From IMG/VR virus record IMGVR_UViG_3300046758_000519: a DNA stretch of 64,000 nt. The stretch is one strand, 5' to 3'. The first letter of the stretch is position 1. Each line of letters starts with the position of its first letter. The notes beneath the pieces are model-generated. The model did no database searches. It was not told the DNA's origin and was given only the letters and a program-made list of their open reading frames with translations. Shown piece by piece: positions 28,940 through 39,273 of the stretch. The translations under genes and the position numbers were made by a program. Origin of the DNA: an uncultured virus (IMG/VR IMGVR_UViG_3300046758_000519) (lineage: Duplodnaviria; Heunggongvirae; Uroviricota; Caudoviricetes).

Positions 28940-29988
28940 TTTTTTGAATATAAATTAATTATTTCTAATGATAGTGGGTCAGATTTATCTAATTTTTTAA
29001 AAATTCTATTCTTATGTTTTTTAAAATAACGAATTTGATCAAAAGCATTATCATATTCTTCCAATAAATTATAAAAATCAAGAACTAGCATTGTACGTTG
29101 ACATTTTGAACATTTTCCACAATTGAGTTTTTTACTACTTTCATTTACATACTTGTGGTTGACACAGACATCCAAGTGTGTTTTTACTAAATCTGTATGC
29201 ATTATTTTTTCAGTTTTCTCGACCCTAGTATACTGACATCCGTGTGAAATAAACTCAATATTTTCAGTAGATAAAAGTGGAATTAAGATAGGGTCAGGAT
29301 GCAGACAATTTTCATGTATCTTCGAATCTAAATATGTCCACGCAGACGCATAGTAATATTTTGAAATCATTTTTTGAAAAAATAACACAATTGATATGTT
29401 TCTAAACCAATGAATACGTGGATGCCCAAACGATATTATATCCGATACATTCGACCTAACTTCAAGTAATTTCATAGTTGTATTGGATACGAAATCTTTT
29501 GCATTTATCAGTCTTTTTTGAAATGCTAAGTCTGTCATATTATTATCTGATTGTAAATTGAATAAATGAGTCAGTTTATAGTTTCCACATTCATTAAAAT
29601 AAAAATCTTGTATATTCACAAAACTATCGACTCCACAACTAATTCCTGTTCCATTAAAATCGTTTTTGTGTTTTTTATCATAATAAAAGGAATCTGCTTC
29701 AATTTTTATAGGTTCACATTCGGGTAACATTATCGAGATTATATTCATAGCATAATTACAGATATTGTGATAAAGTTTATATGAAATAGTTCCACGTATC
29801 TTTATATCTTCTTTTTTTCTCATTGCATCGGGCAATGCGGCTAATAGACACGCATCATAGTCATCGCTGATATAATCTTCGTAAATTTTTGGAAACTCTA
29901 TATATAAAATTTTAGTTCCAATTGAACACTCCACTCTACACCAATCTTCATTGGTTGTTATAGTTTTATTTTTTATTTCAATCATCAC
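28936..29988 (-). CDS. PP-loop (adenine nucleotide alpha-hydrolase-like) protein with QueC-like Cys motif
   Basis: SCGVDS PP-loop variant, TRVEKT, LDVC, NCGKCSKCQRT. Confidence 0.6.
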   Translation of the reverse strand: MMIEIKNKTITTNEDWCRVECSIGTKILYIEFPKIYEDYISDDYDACLLAALPDAMRKKEDIKIRGTISYKLYHNICNYAMNIISIMLPECEPIKIEADSFYYDKKHKNDFNGTGISCGVDSFVNIQDFYFNECGNYKLTHLFNLQSDNNMTDLAFQKRLINAKDFVSNTTMKLLEVRSNVSDIISFGHPRIHWFRNISIVLFFQKMISKYYYASAWTYLDSKIHENCLHPDPILIPLLSTENIEFISHGCQYTRVEKTEKIMHTDLVKTHLDVCVNHKYVNESSKKLNCGKCSKCQRTMLVLDFYNLLEEYDNAFDQIRYFKKHKNRIFKKLDKSDPLSLEIINLYSKK

Positions 29989-30797
29989 CCACCTCCATAG
30001 TTAAAACATTCATAAAAAGATTCATACAATTTAGTATCATTATATATTGGTTTTGTTACTTTCTTTTTTACTGCATCTTCAATTGTAATTGCAGGAGTCT
30101 CTTTGTATCTACCTGTAGATTGATAGTAATCTTCGTATTTTGCAGTAGTTTCTGTTTTTAATGAATTCGGTAATTGTAACCAAGTTGTTTCTTTATTCAA
30201 CATTTCGGCAACTATTATTCCATGCAAAGAAGAAGAAATTACCTTTTTACTTTTTCTTATGGTATCAATTATATAATCAAAACCATCCGAACAAAATACC
30301 ACATTTATGCTTTTATTATCTACTATAAAATCTTTATCGTTGTAATGTAAAATTAAAGTACACTCATGTTCAACATCAATCGGTTTTAACCACTCTGGAA
30401 ATAATCTTGGTATAAGTAATGCAGGATCTCCATATACAACCTCATCTTCAGATAAATTATATCCATTTTGATTTAAATAATTTAAGGTAAGAGGACCTCT
30501 AACTGCAAATACTTTCAACCTAGACGGAACTCGTTTCCACCTTGGGTTGTAACCAGTACCCCATACAAATGAATTATTCGGCAACACATGAAGTATTGAA
30601 CCTAACATAGACATTGTAGGTGCATTACATCCTGTATTGTAAAAACTTTTACTTCTACACGGAGTACCCGTTGCAATATTGTGAAGACTAGGTTTTTTTA
30701 AAAGTTTCTGTGAAATGTGTATATTCAACTCATCTCCAAAATTACCCCCACCCTCTTCGTATGGTATATAATATAATAATGTTTTTTCTCTACTCAT
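29985..30797 (-). CDS. polysaccharide pyruvyltransferase family protein
   Basis: NFGDEL, GSIL, VWGTG, AVRGPLT, GDPALL, SSSLHGII. Confidence 0.88.
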   Translation of the reverse strand: MSREKTLLYYIPYEEGGGNFGDELNIHISQKLLKKPSLHNIATGTPCRSKSFYNTGCNAPTMSMLGSILHVLPNNSFVWGTGYNPRWKRVPSRLKVFAVRGPLTLNYLNQNGYNLSEDEVVYGDPALLIPRLFPEWLKPIDVEHECTLILHYNDKDFIVDNKSINVVFCSDGFDYIIDTIRKSKKVISSSLHGIIVAEMLNKETTWLQLPNSLKTETTAKYEDYYQSTGRYKETPAITIEDAVKKKVTKPIYNDTKLYESFYECFNYGGG

Positions 30798-31528
30798 ACT
30801 ATAATTCCATCGAAGTGGTCTGCTAAAATTCCCCATTTTTTAAGCATCTGACATAGTTTAGAATGTTTATTTACATTTTCGTGTACTTTTACATCAACTA
30901 CTTCACCTTTATCAGGTTCTCCTCCAAATTTATTTCTTTCGTAAGTTTCACACCATTCTTTTATATGCTCTGCATATCTTGAGTCTCTCCAACATTTACT
31001 CCAATTATAATGAATTTCTCCGGTAAATTTAGAATAATCTAGATCTGTCAAATCGAAGTATCTTTTTTTATCTTCCTCACTTGCTTGTCTTCTTGCCCAT
31101 TCTGCTAAATGTGGTCTTTCATTTCTTCCATATTTTGGATGTTCACGAATAAATGTTTGAGAACTATAAGGTAATATATAGTCGGCATTTAATAATACTC
31201 CAAACAAAACAGAAGCATATCCACCAAGTGATGACCCTGTGAATATAACTCGTTTGCATTTAGATTCTTTGATTATATCTTTGAATAACTGCACATGAGA
31301 ATCAATTCCGTTTGAAACAACTTCTCCGTTTTCATTATACAAGTTACCCATATAATATGCTTTATGACGATCACGAACACACACGACTTTTACCGGACGG
31401 TCACTAAAAAAATTTACCCACTCAAATCCAACTACCAATCCTCGTCCTTGTCCAGCAAACGAAAATACAATAGTTTTTGCATCATCATTTTCAAATCCAC
31501 ATTTTAATATACTACCATCCTCACTCAT
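30794..31528 (-). CDS. alpha/beta hydrolase-fold protein
   Basis: VFSFAG, GSSLGGYAS nucleophile elbow, SQT, C-terminal His. Confidence 0.7.
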   Translation of the reverse strand: MSEDGSILKCGFENDDAKTIVFSFAGQGRGLVVGFEWVNFFSDRPVKVVCVRDRHKAYYMGNLYNENGEVVSNGIDSHVQLFKDIIKESKCKRVIFTGSSLGGYASVLFGVLLNADYILPYSSQTFIREHPKYGRNERPHLAEWARRQASEEDKKRYFDLTDLDYSKFTGEIHYNWSKCWRDSRYAEHIKEWCETYERNKFGGEPDKGEVVDVKVHENVNKHSKLCQMLKKWGILADHFDGIIV

Positions 31529-32399
31529 TATTATTTTCCTTTACTTTATTGCCATTTCGATCACGAACATCCCAATAAGTTTTTGGAAGTCCTGCTTGAT
31601 TTTTATCATAGCAATGTATTACTCTTGCGTCTGTAAACAAAGATGGAATATAAGAAAAATGACTTTTACTAGAAATCAATACATCCGACATTAGCATATG
31701 ATGAATATCTGAAAAGGGACATCCATTTATTTTCATTTCCACATCAAAATCCAACTCTTCAAAATTCTTAAATAAATCTTTTTTTGGTTTTCTATAAAAA
31801 CCACGTTTGGCTGCTTTGTTTTGTGTGTAGACATAAAATTTACATTTTTTATTTTTAGAATTGCATTCCTCTTGTATATCGTTCATGACTTTTATGTAAT
31901 ATTCGTCGGACAAACCAACTGCGTTAAAACGATGACCCTTGCCCACCAAATCACCACGTCTGACATGAACTGCTATATTTGTATAGTCTTTATCAAAATA
32001 TAATTTTGGTTTTTTTGTTAAGTTATATTTTTCTAAAAATTTTTCTTTTACTTTGTCATATAAATCTACTCCGTTTACATTAAACCAATGTATAAGTTGA
32101 GATACATGATAAGTTCTATCGTGTAATGTGTGATCGTACCATTCACTTTTTGTATCTAAAGTTTTTTGATGCTTTCCTTTACCCAAGTTGAAAAATTCCT
32201 CCCATTTATTTTCCCAACTTGAATCACTTTCATAGTTGTGTTCTACCGATTGCAATGGTGTATGAACATAACGAATGTCGTGTAGAATACAATATGCCCA
32301 AACTGATAATCTTCTATGCACCTGAGCACCTGCTCCGTCTTTTACATCATCATAAACGAAATTTGTTAAAAATTCTATATCATTAAAGCAAGTTATCAT
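31521..32399 (-). CDS. fucosyltransferase-like GT-B protein
   Basis: DGAGAQ, IAVHVRRGD, SDVLISSKSHFSY. Confidence 0.75.
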   Translation of the reverse strand: MITCFNDIEFLTNFVYDDVKDGAGAQVHRRLSVWAYCILHDIRYVHTPLQSVEHNYESDSSWENKWEEFFNLGKGKHQKTLDTKSEWYDHTLHDRTYHVSQLIHWFNVNGVDLYDKVKEKFLEKYNLTKKPKLYFDKDYTNIAVHVRRGDLVGKGHRFNAVGLSDEYYIKVMNDIQEECNSKNKKCKFYVYTQNKAAKRGFYRKPKKDLFKNFEELDFDVEMKINGCPFSDIHHMLMSDVLISSKSHFSYIPSLFTDARVIHCYDKNQAGLPKTYWDVRDRNGNKVKENNNE

Positions 32400-32401
32400 T
32401 A

Positions 32402-34432
32402 TTATTCGTCTTCCTCTGTCCACAAATTATACTCTTGCATTCTTCCAATTTTATTTTTTGGGTGGAAAATTCTGTCAGTATATTCAGCAAAATGTATCAT
32501 ATATGGATCGTTCTCATTTAATTGCTTTTTATCACCACCTTCGTAACTAATACAAAACTCATCTTCATCCAAAATTTTCATTTTTAAATTATTATAATAG
32601 CAATCAGTTGAATTTAACTTACTATTAAAATACACTATGTCCTCACGACAATCTGAATATAAAAGATCACAATCTTCTGAGGTATCAAATAATTTTAATG
32701 TTAAATCATTAGGTTTTACAAAACAAAATCCTGGATTAACTACTTTTCTGTAATATTTTAACTTTCTATTTGTTTGTGCATGATACTGAATAATCAAATC
32801 ATTGGATTGAATTTCAGAGTGTAAATATTCAAGTGGGTTTTTTAAAAATACGATGTCAGGATCAATATACAAACAACTTTTTCCTTGTTTTAAAATTCCA
32901 TGAATTAACTCAAGTTTTTCGTAGTTTGATTTAAACGAAACAGATTCAAGTTCAACAAATTCGTTAGCATCAAACATTTCAGTTTTGTTTATAGATTCAC
33001 ACATATTATTCAAAATCATTGTATGCATATTTCTACGATTCTGTGGCATCATACTAAAAGTGACGGATTCTAATTTGTCATTTAGTTTACATTTCCATAC
33101 CCTGATATCACCATCTTCTTTGTCACGCAAAAAATAATGTTTCATTTTGCGAATTTCTTTTAATTTTGTTCTTGGATGAACATCTCCTTTAAAATCTAAA
33201 TTGTATGTTACAATAAATGGTTTTATATTTTGCTTATTGTCTTTATAGTAACTTAAACTTGGAAATTCATTTTTATCAAGAATTTTTATTTTCAAACCTT
33301 TTTTGTATAATTCAGTTAAGTTAAGTTTTGAATTAAAATACTTCTGCTCATCACGACTATCGTCATTGTATACAAACTCTACACTTTCTGACGAATCGAA
33401 CAACTTTTTTGTCAGTTCATTCGGTTTTACCAAACAAAATCCAACGTTTAGAATTTCCTCAAATTGTACACATTCGGTTCTTTCTTTTCCCGTAGTCTGT
33501 ACAATTACATCATATTCAGTCAATTGCTCAAGCAGATAGTCAATGGGATTCTCTAGAAAAATATTATCCGAGTCAGAATAAAAGCATATCATTTCTTTGT
33601 CCAAAACACTTTTTATTGTGTCAAGTTTTTCGTATTTGTTTGAAAACTCCATTTCGTGGATTTGGACAAATCCGTCTGAGGCATTTATTCCGATGTTATC
33701 AAGAGATTGCTTGCAATTACTTGTTATTATTCTGTGCATTTTTCCCTCTTTACCATCACTACCAAGCACCAGTTTGACACCACGATTATGCATATCCATC
33801 ATTGGTTCAATTAACTTTTTCCACATGATTGCAGAATACTGCTTTCTCGTCTGCAACTCTGGATCTTCTTGAACTACAAATCTTGGATGTGTTGAATACG
33901 AACCTTTTGCTAAATCAAACTTCTTTCCTCGTTTGTATACTTGATCAATTGGCATTCTATTATTTTTTAAAATGTCAGATACCTCCTTACAATATTTTCC
34001 GTTGACGGCATATGCGTGTGCTTGGCACATTGAAACATTAACTAAATGTTCGTTTACAATGTCGTATACCATGTGAGGAACTCCTCCCATGAAAAATAAT
34101 TTCCAATCTATATCATTCAAAGTATCAATACTTTTTTGCATCAGTTCCAAGTCTGTATTAATGAAGTCAATATCACTTTCAAAAATAAACACATTATTTA
34201 ATTCCTCTTCGTGTGCATCTAATATTATTTTGTAATGGCAATAGTCTGTTCTATTCCACCCCTTTCCAAAAGTTGAGTTAACCCAATCTTGATTGATTAC
34301 TTCATCAAATTTTTCAACACGATCATAAATACCAATTTCTTTAAATTGAGTTACTGCATGATTCCACCGTTCAGTTTCGTGCTTTGCACATACACATACA
34401 ATTTTATCAAATTTGTCAAACGGATTTTTCAT
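32402..34432 (-). CDS. three-domain glycosyltransferase (GT25-like plus two GT77-like domains)
   Basis: N-term FDKIVCV/IFESD/AHAYAVN; two repeats of DxD-IxFLxNP, NxGFCxVKPN. Confidence 0.8.
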   Translation of the reverse strand: MKNPFDKFDKIVCVCAKHETERWNHAVTQFKEIGIYDRVEKFDEVINQDWVNSTFGKGWNRTDYCHYKIILDAHEEELNNVFIFESDIDFINTDLELMQKSIDTLNDIDWKLFFMGGVPHMVYDIVNEHLVNVSMCQAHAYAVNGKYCKEVSDILKNNRMPIDQVYKRGKKFDLAKGSYSTHPRFVVQEDPELQTRKQYSAIMWKKLIEPMMDMHNRGVKLVLGSDGKEGKMHRIITSNCKQSLDNIGINASDGFVQIHEMEFSNKYEKLDTIKSVLDKEMICFYSDSDNIFLENPIDYLLEQLTEYDVIVQTTGKERTECVQFEEILNVGFCLVKPNELTKKLFDSSESVEFVYNDDSRDEQKYFNSKLNLTELYKKGLKIKILDKNEFPSLSYYKDNKQNIKPFIVTYNLDFKGDVHPRTKLKEIRKMKHYFLRDKEDGDIRVWKCKLNDKLESVTFSMMPQNRRNMHTMILNNMCESINKTEMFDANEFVELESVSFKSNYEKLELIHGILKQGKSCLYIDPDIVFLKNPLEYLHSEIQSNDLIIQYHAQTNRKLKYYRKVVNPGFCFVKPNDLTLKLFDTSEDCDLLYSDCREDIVYFNSKLNSTDCYYNNLKMKILDEDEFCISYEGGDKKQLNENDPYMIHFAEYTDRIFHPKNKIGRMQEYNLWTEEDE

Positions 34433-35058
34433 TTCACCAAATCCAATACAAATTTGGCAATCTGCTCTCCTAATAGTTTTCTTCCATCTTCATTGAAATG
34501 GCAATTATTTTGTGCAACAGGGTGCATATACAATTTTGGATAGTCAGGTTGTGATCTTACGAAACTATAAATATCGTTACAAGGCACATCGTATTTTTTT
34601 GTTACTTCATCTGCAACTTCATTTAAAAGAATTACATCTTCGTTGTTTCTCATTCCTGCATTTTTAGGATTGGGTGTTGTATTGGTAAATAAAACTTCAC
34701 GATTATAACTTCTAATAAGTTCAATGTGAGTAATTAAATCCTCTTTAAATGCATTGATTTCCTCATCAGTTGCTCTTTGTGCATCGGGATCATGCCCTTT
34801 GTTGGGTAATTTGATATAGTGAAGACCAAAATTAAAATGCACATACTTTGCGTTACACAAGCAATTATCAGGTAAATCAGAATATCTTCGTTTTTCAACA
34901 AACCACTTATCGATGGTTCTTGCTTGTTTCCATTGAACTGACACCCACTTTTCTGGTGTAATTGCTTCAATATTTTCGTTTTTTAAATATTTCTCCGAAT
35001 ATGCAAAGTAATGTCTGCAAATTGAATCTCCCAAAAATAATACTTTTTTATCATCCAT
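34429..35058 (-). CDS. SGNH/GDSL hydrolase family protein
   Basis: LGDSI, FNFGLH, TTP, CHFNEDG. Confidence 0.8.
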   Translation of the reverse strand: MDDKKVLFLGDSICRHYFAYSEKYLKNENIEAITPEKWVSVQWKQARTIDKWFVEKRRYSDLPDNCLCNAKYVHFNFGLHYIKLPNKGHDPDAQRATDEEINAFKEDLITHIELIRSYNREVLFTNTTPNPKNAGMRNNEDVILLNEVADEVTKKYDVPCNDIYSFVRSQPDYPKLYMHPVAQNNCHFNEDGRKLLGEQIAKFVLDLVK

Positions 35059-35078
35059 AATTTATACTCCGTTGTTAT

Positions 35079-35086
35079 ATAAATAT
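35079..35086 (-). promoter_or_regulatory. ATATTTAT element with downstream GGAG ribosome-binding site
   Basis: 20 nt before ATG at 35058; GGAG at 35067-35070. Confidence 0.5.
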
Positions 35087-35098
35087 TGGATATTATAA

Positions 35099-35842
35099 TT
35101 ATATTATCCAAAAATCTCGTCTTTGAAGTTGGGATTTACAATCAGATGATTTTCTCATATATGGATGACAAGCATAACAACCCTTAACAAAATCACCACG
35201 AACAAGTAAATCAGGAGATACTACTCTTACACTTATATCTGAACACGATAATTCCACTGAGTTATCAACAAGCATAGTATAATTTTCACCAAACATATCA
35301 AACAAATATTCATTTATTTCTTTTTGATCATCAAAGTCTTTCGTATTACTACATATTTCATTTAACATCAAAAAGCATGACGCAGTTGGTCTTAAAAATA
35401 ACCATCCAGGACATATCGCAAATCCCCATTTTTCCGAAACTTCTTTTGGAAATCCAGCATCATCTCGTGAAACAACCATATCATAATTTGAAGTAATTAG
35501 ATACCTTGTATCTTTTAACCAAATTGTATCTAAATCTGAATGTATTACATCAAAACCAAAATATAAAATATTACGAAGTGCCTCAGTTCTCCACTTCCAA
35601 CCAGAACCAGATCTTCTTGATAAATTTCCACGGATATAATAGGTATTGATATTATTTTTAATTAGGTATTTTTCAGTTTCTCTGTCTGTTGCAATTACAA
35701 CATAATTATTAATTTTTAAAAGTTTAAGATGTGCCACCCAATTGACTGCAACTTCTTTGTATAATTTATTACAAAATGATATTATAATCAAATCATCTTC
35801 TACTAGATTTTTGACATAATTTTTAAAATTCTTATCAATCAT
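35099..35842 (-). CDS. nucleotide-diphospho-sugar transferase (GT77-like)
   Basis: NWV, HSDLDTIWLKD, CPGW, DDQKEIN. Confidence 0.8.
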   Translation of the reverse strand: MIDKNFKNYVKNLVEDDLIIISFCNKLYKEVAVNWVAHLKLLKINNYVVIATDRETEKYLIKNNINTYYIRGNLSRRSGSGWKWRTEALRNILYFGFDVIHSDLDTIWLKDTRYLITSNYDMVVSRDDAGFPKEVSEKWGFAICPGWLFLRPTASCFLMLNEICSNTKDFDDQKEINEYLFDMFGENYTMLVDNSVELSCSDISVRVVSPDLLVRGDFVKGCYACHPYMRKSSDCKSQLQRRDFWII

Positions 35843-37691
35843 TTGTTGACTCCTCGAATAACTTAAACATTCTTCCGATCATTACATCCTCAATTGAAAA
35901 TGGACGAAAACCATTTTCATCTTTTAAATCATGTTCATTGTGAATATCATTACACTTTTCATTAGTTGATATAAAAGAAGCAAAGTCATATCCTATTTTA
36001 TATGCCTTTCCACAATAATAATTAATATCCTCAGACATCCACTCAGGTTCTTGTAAATTTACTGCTTCACCACGATTTTTCATCCACTTGTAATAATCTC
36101 TTTTTAAAAAAGGTCTTCCGTTTGTTCCTGCATATTGTGCAAATCTATTTTTAAATATAAGTTTTTCTACACGATCCACCCCACATATTTTATTTCGTGT
36201 TCTTTCTCCTACAGATGAATATGTAAGAAAATTACAATCAAGTTTTACAACGTGTTTAAAGTTGAAATTTGACACACAAAATTTTATCATGTCGTAGGTT
36301 TTGGTGTGAAGTTTATCGTATTTTTCATTGTTCGTTAAAGTTATTTGCTCACCATCAAATTGTAAAAAATCTCCGTCTGAGACATAACTTATTAATTTTA
36401 TTTCTTTGTCAGAAATTTGTTGTATATGCTCAAATAGTTCATGTTGTTTCATGTTCTCTAATTCATGCAAATGTTTTTTACAGGTATTTACACAAATTAT
36501 TGTAGCATAATCTTGCTTTTTTGTAATAATATTAAAATTACTTGGAACAAAATCATTCTTCATCTTCTTTGAAGTCTTCATTTCATTGGAATTACTATGA
36601 ACAAGAATATTTTTTAAATCTGCAATTTTTATGTTTCCAATTTTACTTGTTTCAAGAAAACCTTTAGCATTAGATAATCCATAAAAAGTATGATGTGGAT
36701 GATATATCATAACTCCTTTTTTACGAAAGAATCCAGGTGCGGTACTAAACCCACTATTACTACAAACATGAATATCACTGTTTACAAAGTGATAAAATAT
36801 ATCATAAATTTTATTGTAATCACATTGACCACGATTTTCTCCTATATGAAACTTAATATTAGGTTTGTTACCAAATGCTTCTACAATTTCTTCGGAATTT
36901 AATTTTTCGGTATAAATGTGAATACAATATTTTTTTCCATGCAATGCTTTTTGAATATCTAAAACTAAATTTTCCCAATACTCGTTTGAAAATTGATGAT
37001 GGCACGAAGAAGTATCTGTTTTTTTAAATTTATTAATATAATCACGACCACGGCCAATGTGCATACTCACATTGACTGTATCCTCGGCAAAATAAGAATT
37101 TTTATCAGACCAACGACTTTCAAATTTATTTGCAAGTTCTTCTGTAATTTCCGAAAAAATATTACTTGGAATTATTTTATTTTTATACCACTCAAAAACC
37201 TGATGTGGTAATACACGCACAGAACTTCCACGTAAACAATCCAACACAACTAAGCAATCTTTATTTTTGTATTTTTGAATTATTGGTAAAAATATATTTT
37301 TTGCAAATTCATATGAAGGCACTCCAACTGGACAATTTTCAATAAATCTAAAAGTATCATTGAATCCCCAACCCCGTTTTTCAAGAAGAGTTTTTGCTAA
37401 ATCAAAGTTAATTATCTCCGAATGTTTTTCTTTTGGAAAGTTTGACATACTTGGAAAGTTTTGAAAGCAATTTTTAAGGTGTTTATTTCCAGTCACCATA
37501 ACCCTTGGCATATCAGAATCTAATTCAGATAATTTCATTTCATTTAACTGAATTCCACTGAAATTTAAATACTCGTTATATGTGTGTACATATTTGAATC
37601 CAAATACTTTGGCAAGGGTGAGTGTTCCAACTAAATCAAATAGTTGATGCCCGTGGTTACCACCACCATTTTTCATAGTTAAGTAAATCAT
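35835..37691 (-). CDS. fusion of fucosyltransferase-like domain and GT31-like domain
   Basis: GNHGHQ, HIGRGRD, SDI...SGFS; C-term EKYDKLHTKT, VVKLD, YCGKAY, IEDVMIG. Confidence 0.7.
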   Translation of the reverse strand: MIYLTMKNGGGNHGHQLFDLVGTLTLAKVFGFKYVHTYNEYLNFSGIQLNEMKLSELDSDMPRVMVTGNKHLKNCFQNFPSMSNFPKEKHSEIINFDLAKTLLEKRGWGFNDTFRFIENCPVGVPSYEFAKNIFLPIIQKYKNKDCLVVLDCLRGSSVRVLPHQVFEWYKNKIIPSNIFSEITEELANKFESRWSDKNSYFAEDTVNVSMHIGRGRDYINKFKKTDTSSCHHQFSNEYWENLVLDIQKALHGKKYCIHIYTEKLNSEEIVEAFGNKPNIKFHIGENRGQCDYNKIYDIFYHFVNSDIHVCSNSGFSTAPGFFRKKGVMIYHPHHTFYGLSNAKGFLETSKIGNIKIADLKNILVHSNSNEMKTSKKMKNDFVPSNFNIITKKQDYATIICVNTCKKHLHELENMKQHELFEHIQQISDKEIKLISYVSDGDFLQFDGEQITLTNNEKYDKLHTKTYDMIKFCVSNFNFKHVVKLDCNFLTYSSVGERTRNKICGVDRVEKLIFKNRFAQYAGTNGRPFLKRDYYKWMKNRGEAVNLQEPEWMSEDINYYCGKAYKIGYDFASFISTNEKCNDIHNEHDLKDENGFRPFSIEDVMIGRMFKLFEESTND

Positions 37692-38452
37692 TTTGTTGTT
37701 TTAATATAATCCCAAGCAGTAGATATAAGTTTATGAGTATGTCTTACATAAGGACAATGAAATATACACGGATAATTATCTGTAATTGTATTATACATTC
37801 TGCCATTTCTAAGTATTTTTTGTTTTAACTCATTAATTCCTATTTCTAAATATTTAGGATGAGTTACTTTATTTATAGGAGGTGGGTTATTAAAATTTTG
37901 ATCAGTCCAAAAAATTTCACAATCATAATCAAGTTTTACTTTATCAGAATTTTCTGCTATATATTTTCCTATTCTACCTTGATTATACGATGCCGATTCT
38001 TCTATGTCAGTTTGAAGATATTTGAGAATTACTTCAAACTTTTCTTTAATATTTTTTGCATATCCAACCATTGCACCTGAATTTAAAAATTTATAGTGTT
38101 TTCCTTTGCCAAGTTTTTTGTAATATTCTAAAAATTTAGAATCTTGGTGATTATATAAGCATTCAGTAGAATAAACAATTTTAGCATTCATTTCTAAAAA
38201 CTTTTGTTCTATTTCATCTGCATTTGTTAAATATATTACATCAAATGAATCCGTACATACCACAATCTCATTTTCATCAAGTTCGCAAACTTTTTCATAC
38301 AACCAAATATTTTTTCCATTAAGTTTACCACCTTCGTGAACATCTCTTCCTTCACCAATCGTCTCTACATCTATATTTTGAAGTTTTGCCGAATCCAATA
38401 ATCTTTGTATTTTATCGGATTTGCTATTGTTACACCATGTATAAAATTTCAT
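37688..38452 (-). CDS. PLOD/LH3-type glycosyltransferase domain protein
   Basis: VCTDSFDV, YSTE, FLNSGAMVGY, LDYDCEIF. Confidence 0.8.
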   Translation of the reverse strand: MKFYTWCNNSKSDKIQRLLDSAKLQNIDVETIGEGRDVHEGGKLNGKNIWLYEKVCELDENEIVVCTDSFDVIYLTNADEIEQKFLEMNAKIVYSTECLYNHQDSKFLEYYKKLGKGKHYKFLNSGAMVGYAKNIKEKFEVILKYLQTDIEESASYNQGRIGKYIAENSDKVKLDYDCEIFWTDQNFNNPPPINKVTHPKYLEIGINELKQKILRNGRMYNTITDNYPCIFHCPYVRHTHKLISTAWDYIKTTK

Positions 38453-39273
38453 TAGTTGGAACTCCTCCTTTTATCTCTTAAATAACGTTTCATTCTACGA
38501 GATTTTCTTCCAGGATTTCCAATGGGACGGGGAAAGTGTGAAATAATATGCCCAACACTTCCCTTCCAAGGATTTGGATTGTTCACTACCTTTCCTTCTA
38601 GTGTTTGATTATCATGAACTCCATCAAGGATTGCATTATACACCAAAAATGGTTGTTCTGCACATTTTGGTAATAATTTTTTTTGCAAAAGATGTGTTTT
38701 TATATGTAAAAGAGTTTTTTTAAAAAGATTTTTTATCATTTCAGAATTTTTAAAAACCATAACACCTGTACTAAAAGCAGTTGTTGTATATGGTACAGGC
38801 CACTTTTTACCTTTCGGTGGAAGCAAACTTCTTCCGAAGTATTCTTGAGAAATTCGTCCTTCTTGCAAACCATACAATTTGTCTTCTGAACAGGCATTAA
38901 AAACTTCATCTAAATTTCCATCTATCAATACATCCGTGTCAATGTATAAAATCTCCGAGTAATTTTTGATTTCGTTCCATTCAAATAATCGCATTCTCAT
39001 TTGAGCCGCATCAAGTACATTTGCTTTCTTAACATCTTCTTCACGAATTCCAAAGTTCTCGTACATCAAAGGTAAACTTAATATTTTTACATCTAAATTA
39101 TGATTTTTAAAAATTTCTAAAGATTCTTTTACAAAATCAGATTGTGTTATTAAAAGAATATCCGTAGTATCAAAATTAGTTCCTGATGAAGATAATGAAT
39201 CTACGAGTAAGTTTATCATACCCAAGTATTCTTTTTTAAGATAATTAGTAAAATATATCAATCGTTTATTCAT
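38452..39273 (-). CDS. GT8-like glycosyltransferase
   Basis: ILYIDTDVL, FSTGVMVF, EQPF, SHF. Confidence 0.75.
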   Translation of the reverse strand: MNKRLIYFTNYLKKEYLGMINLLVDSLSSSGTNFDTTDILLITQSDFVKESLEIFKNHNLDVKILSLPLMYENFGIREEDVKKANVLDAAQMRMRLFEWNEIKNYSEILYIDTDVLIDGNLDEVFNACSEDKLYGLQEGRISQEYFGRSLLPPKGKKWPVPYTTTAFSTGVMVFKNSEMIKNLFKKTLLHIKTHLLQKKLLPKCAEQPFLVYNAILDGVHDNQTLEGKVVNNPNPWKGSVGHIISHFPRPIGNPGRKSRRMKRYLRDKRRSSN

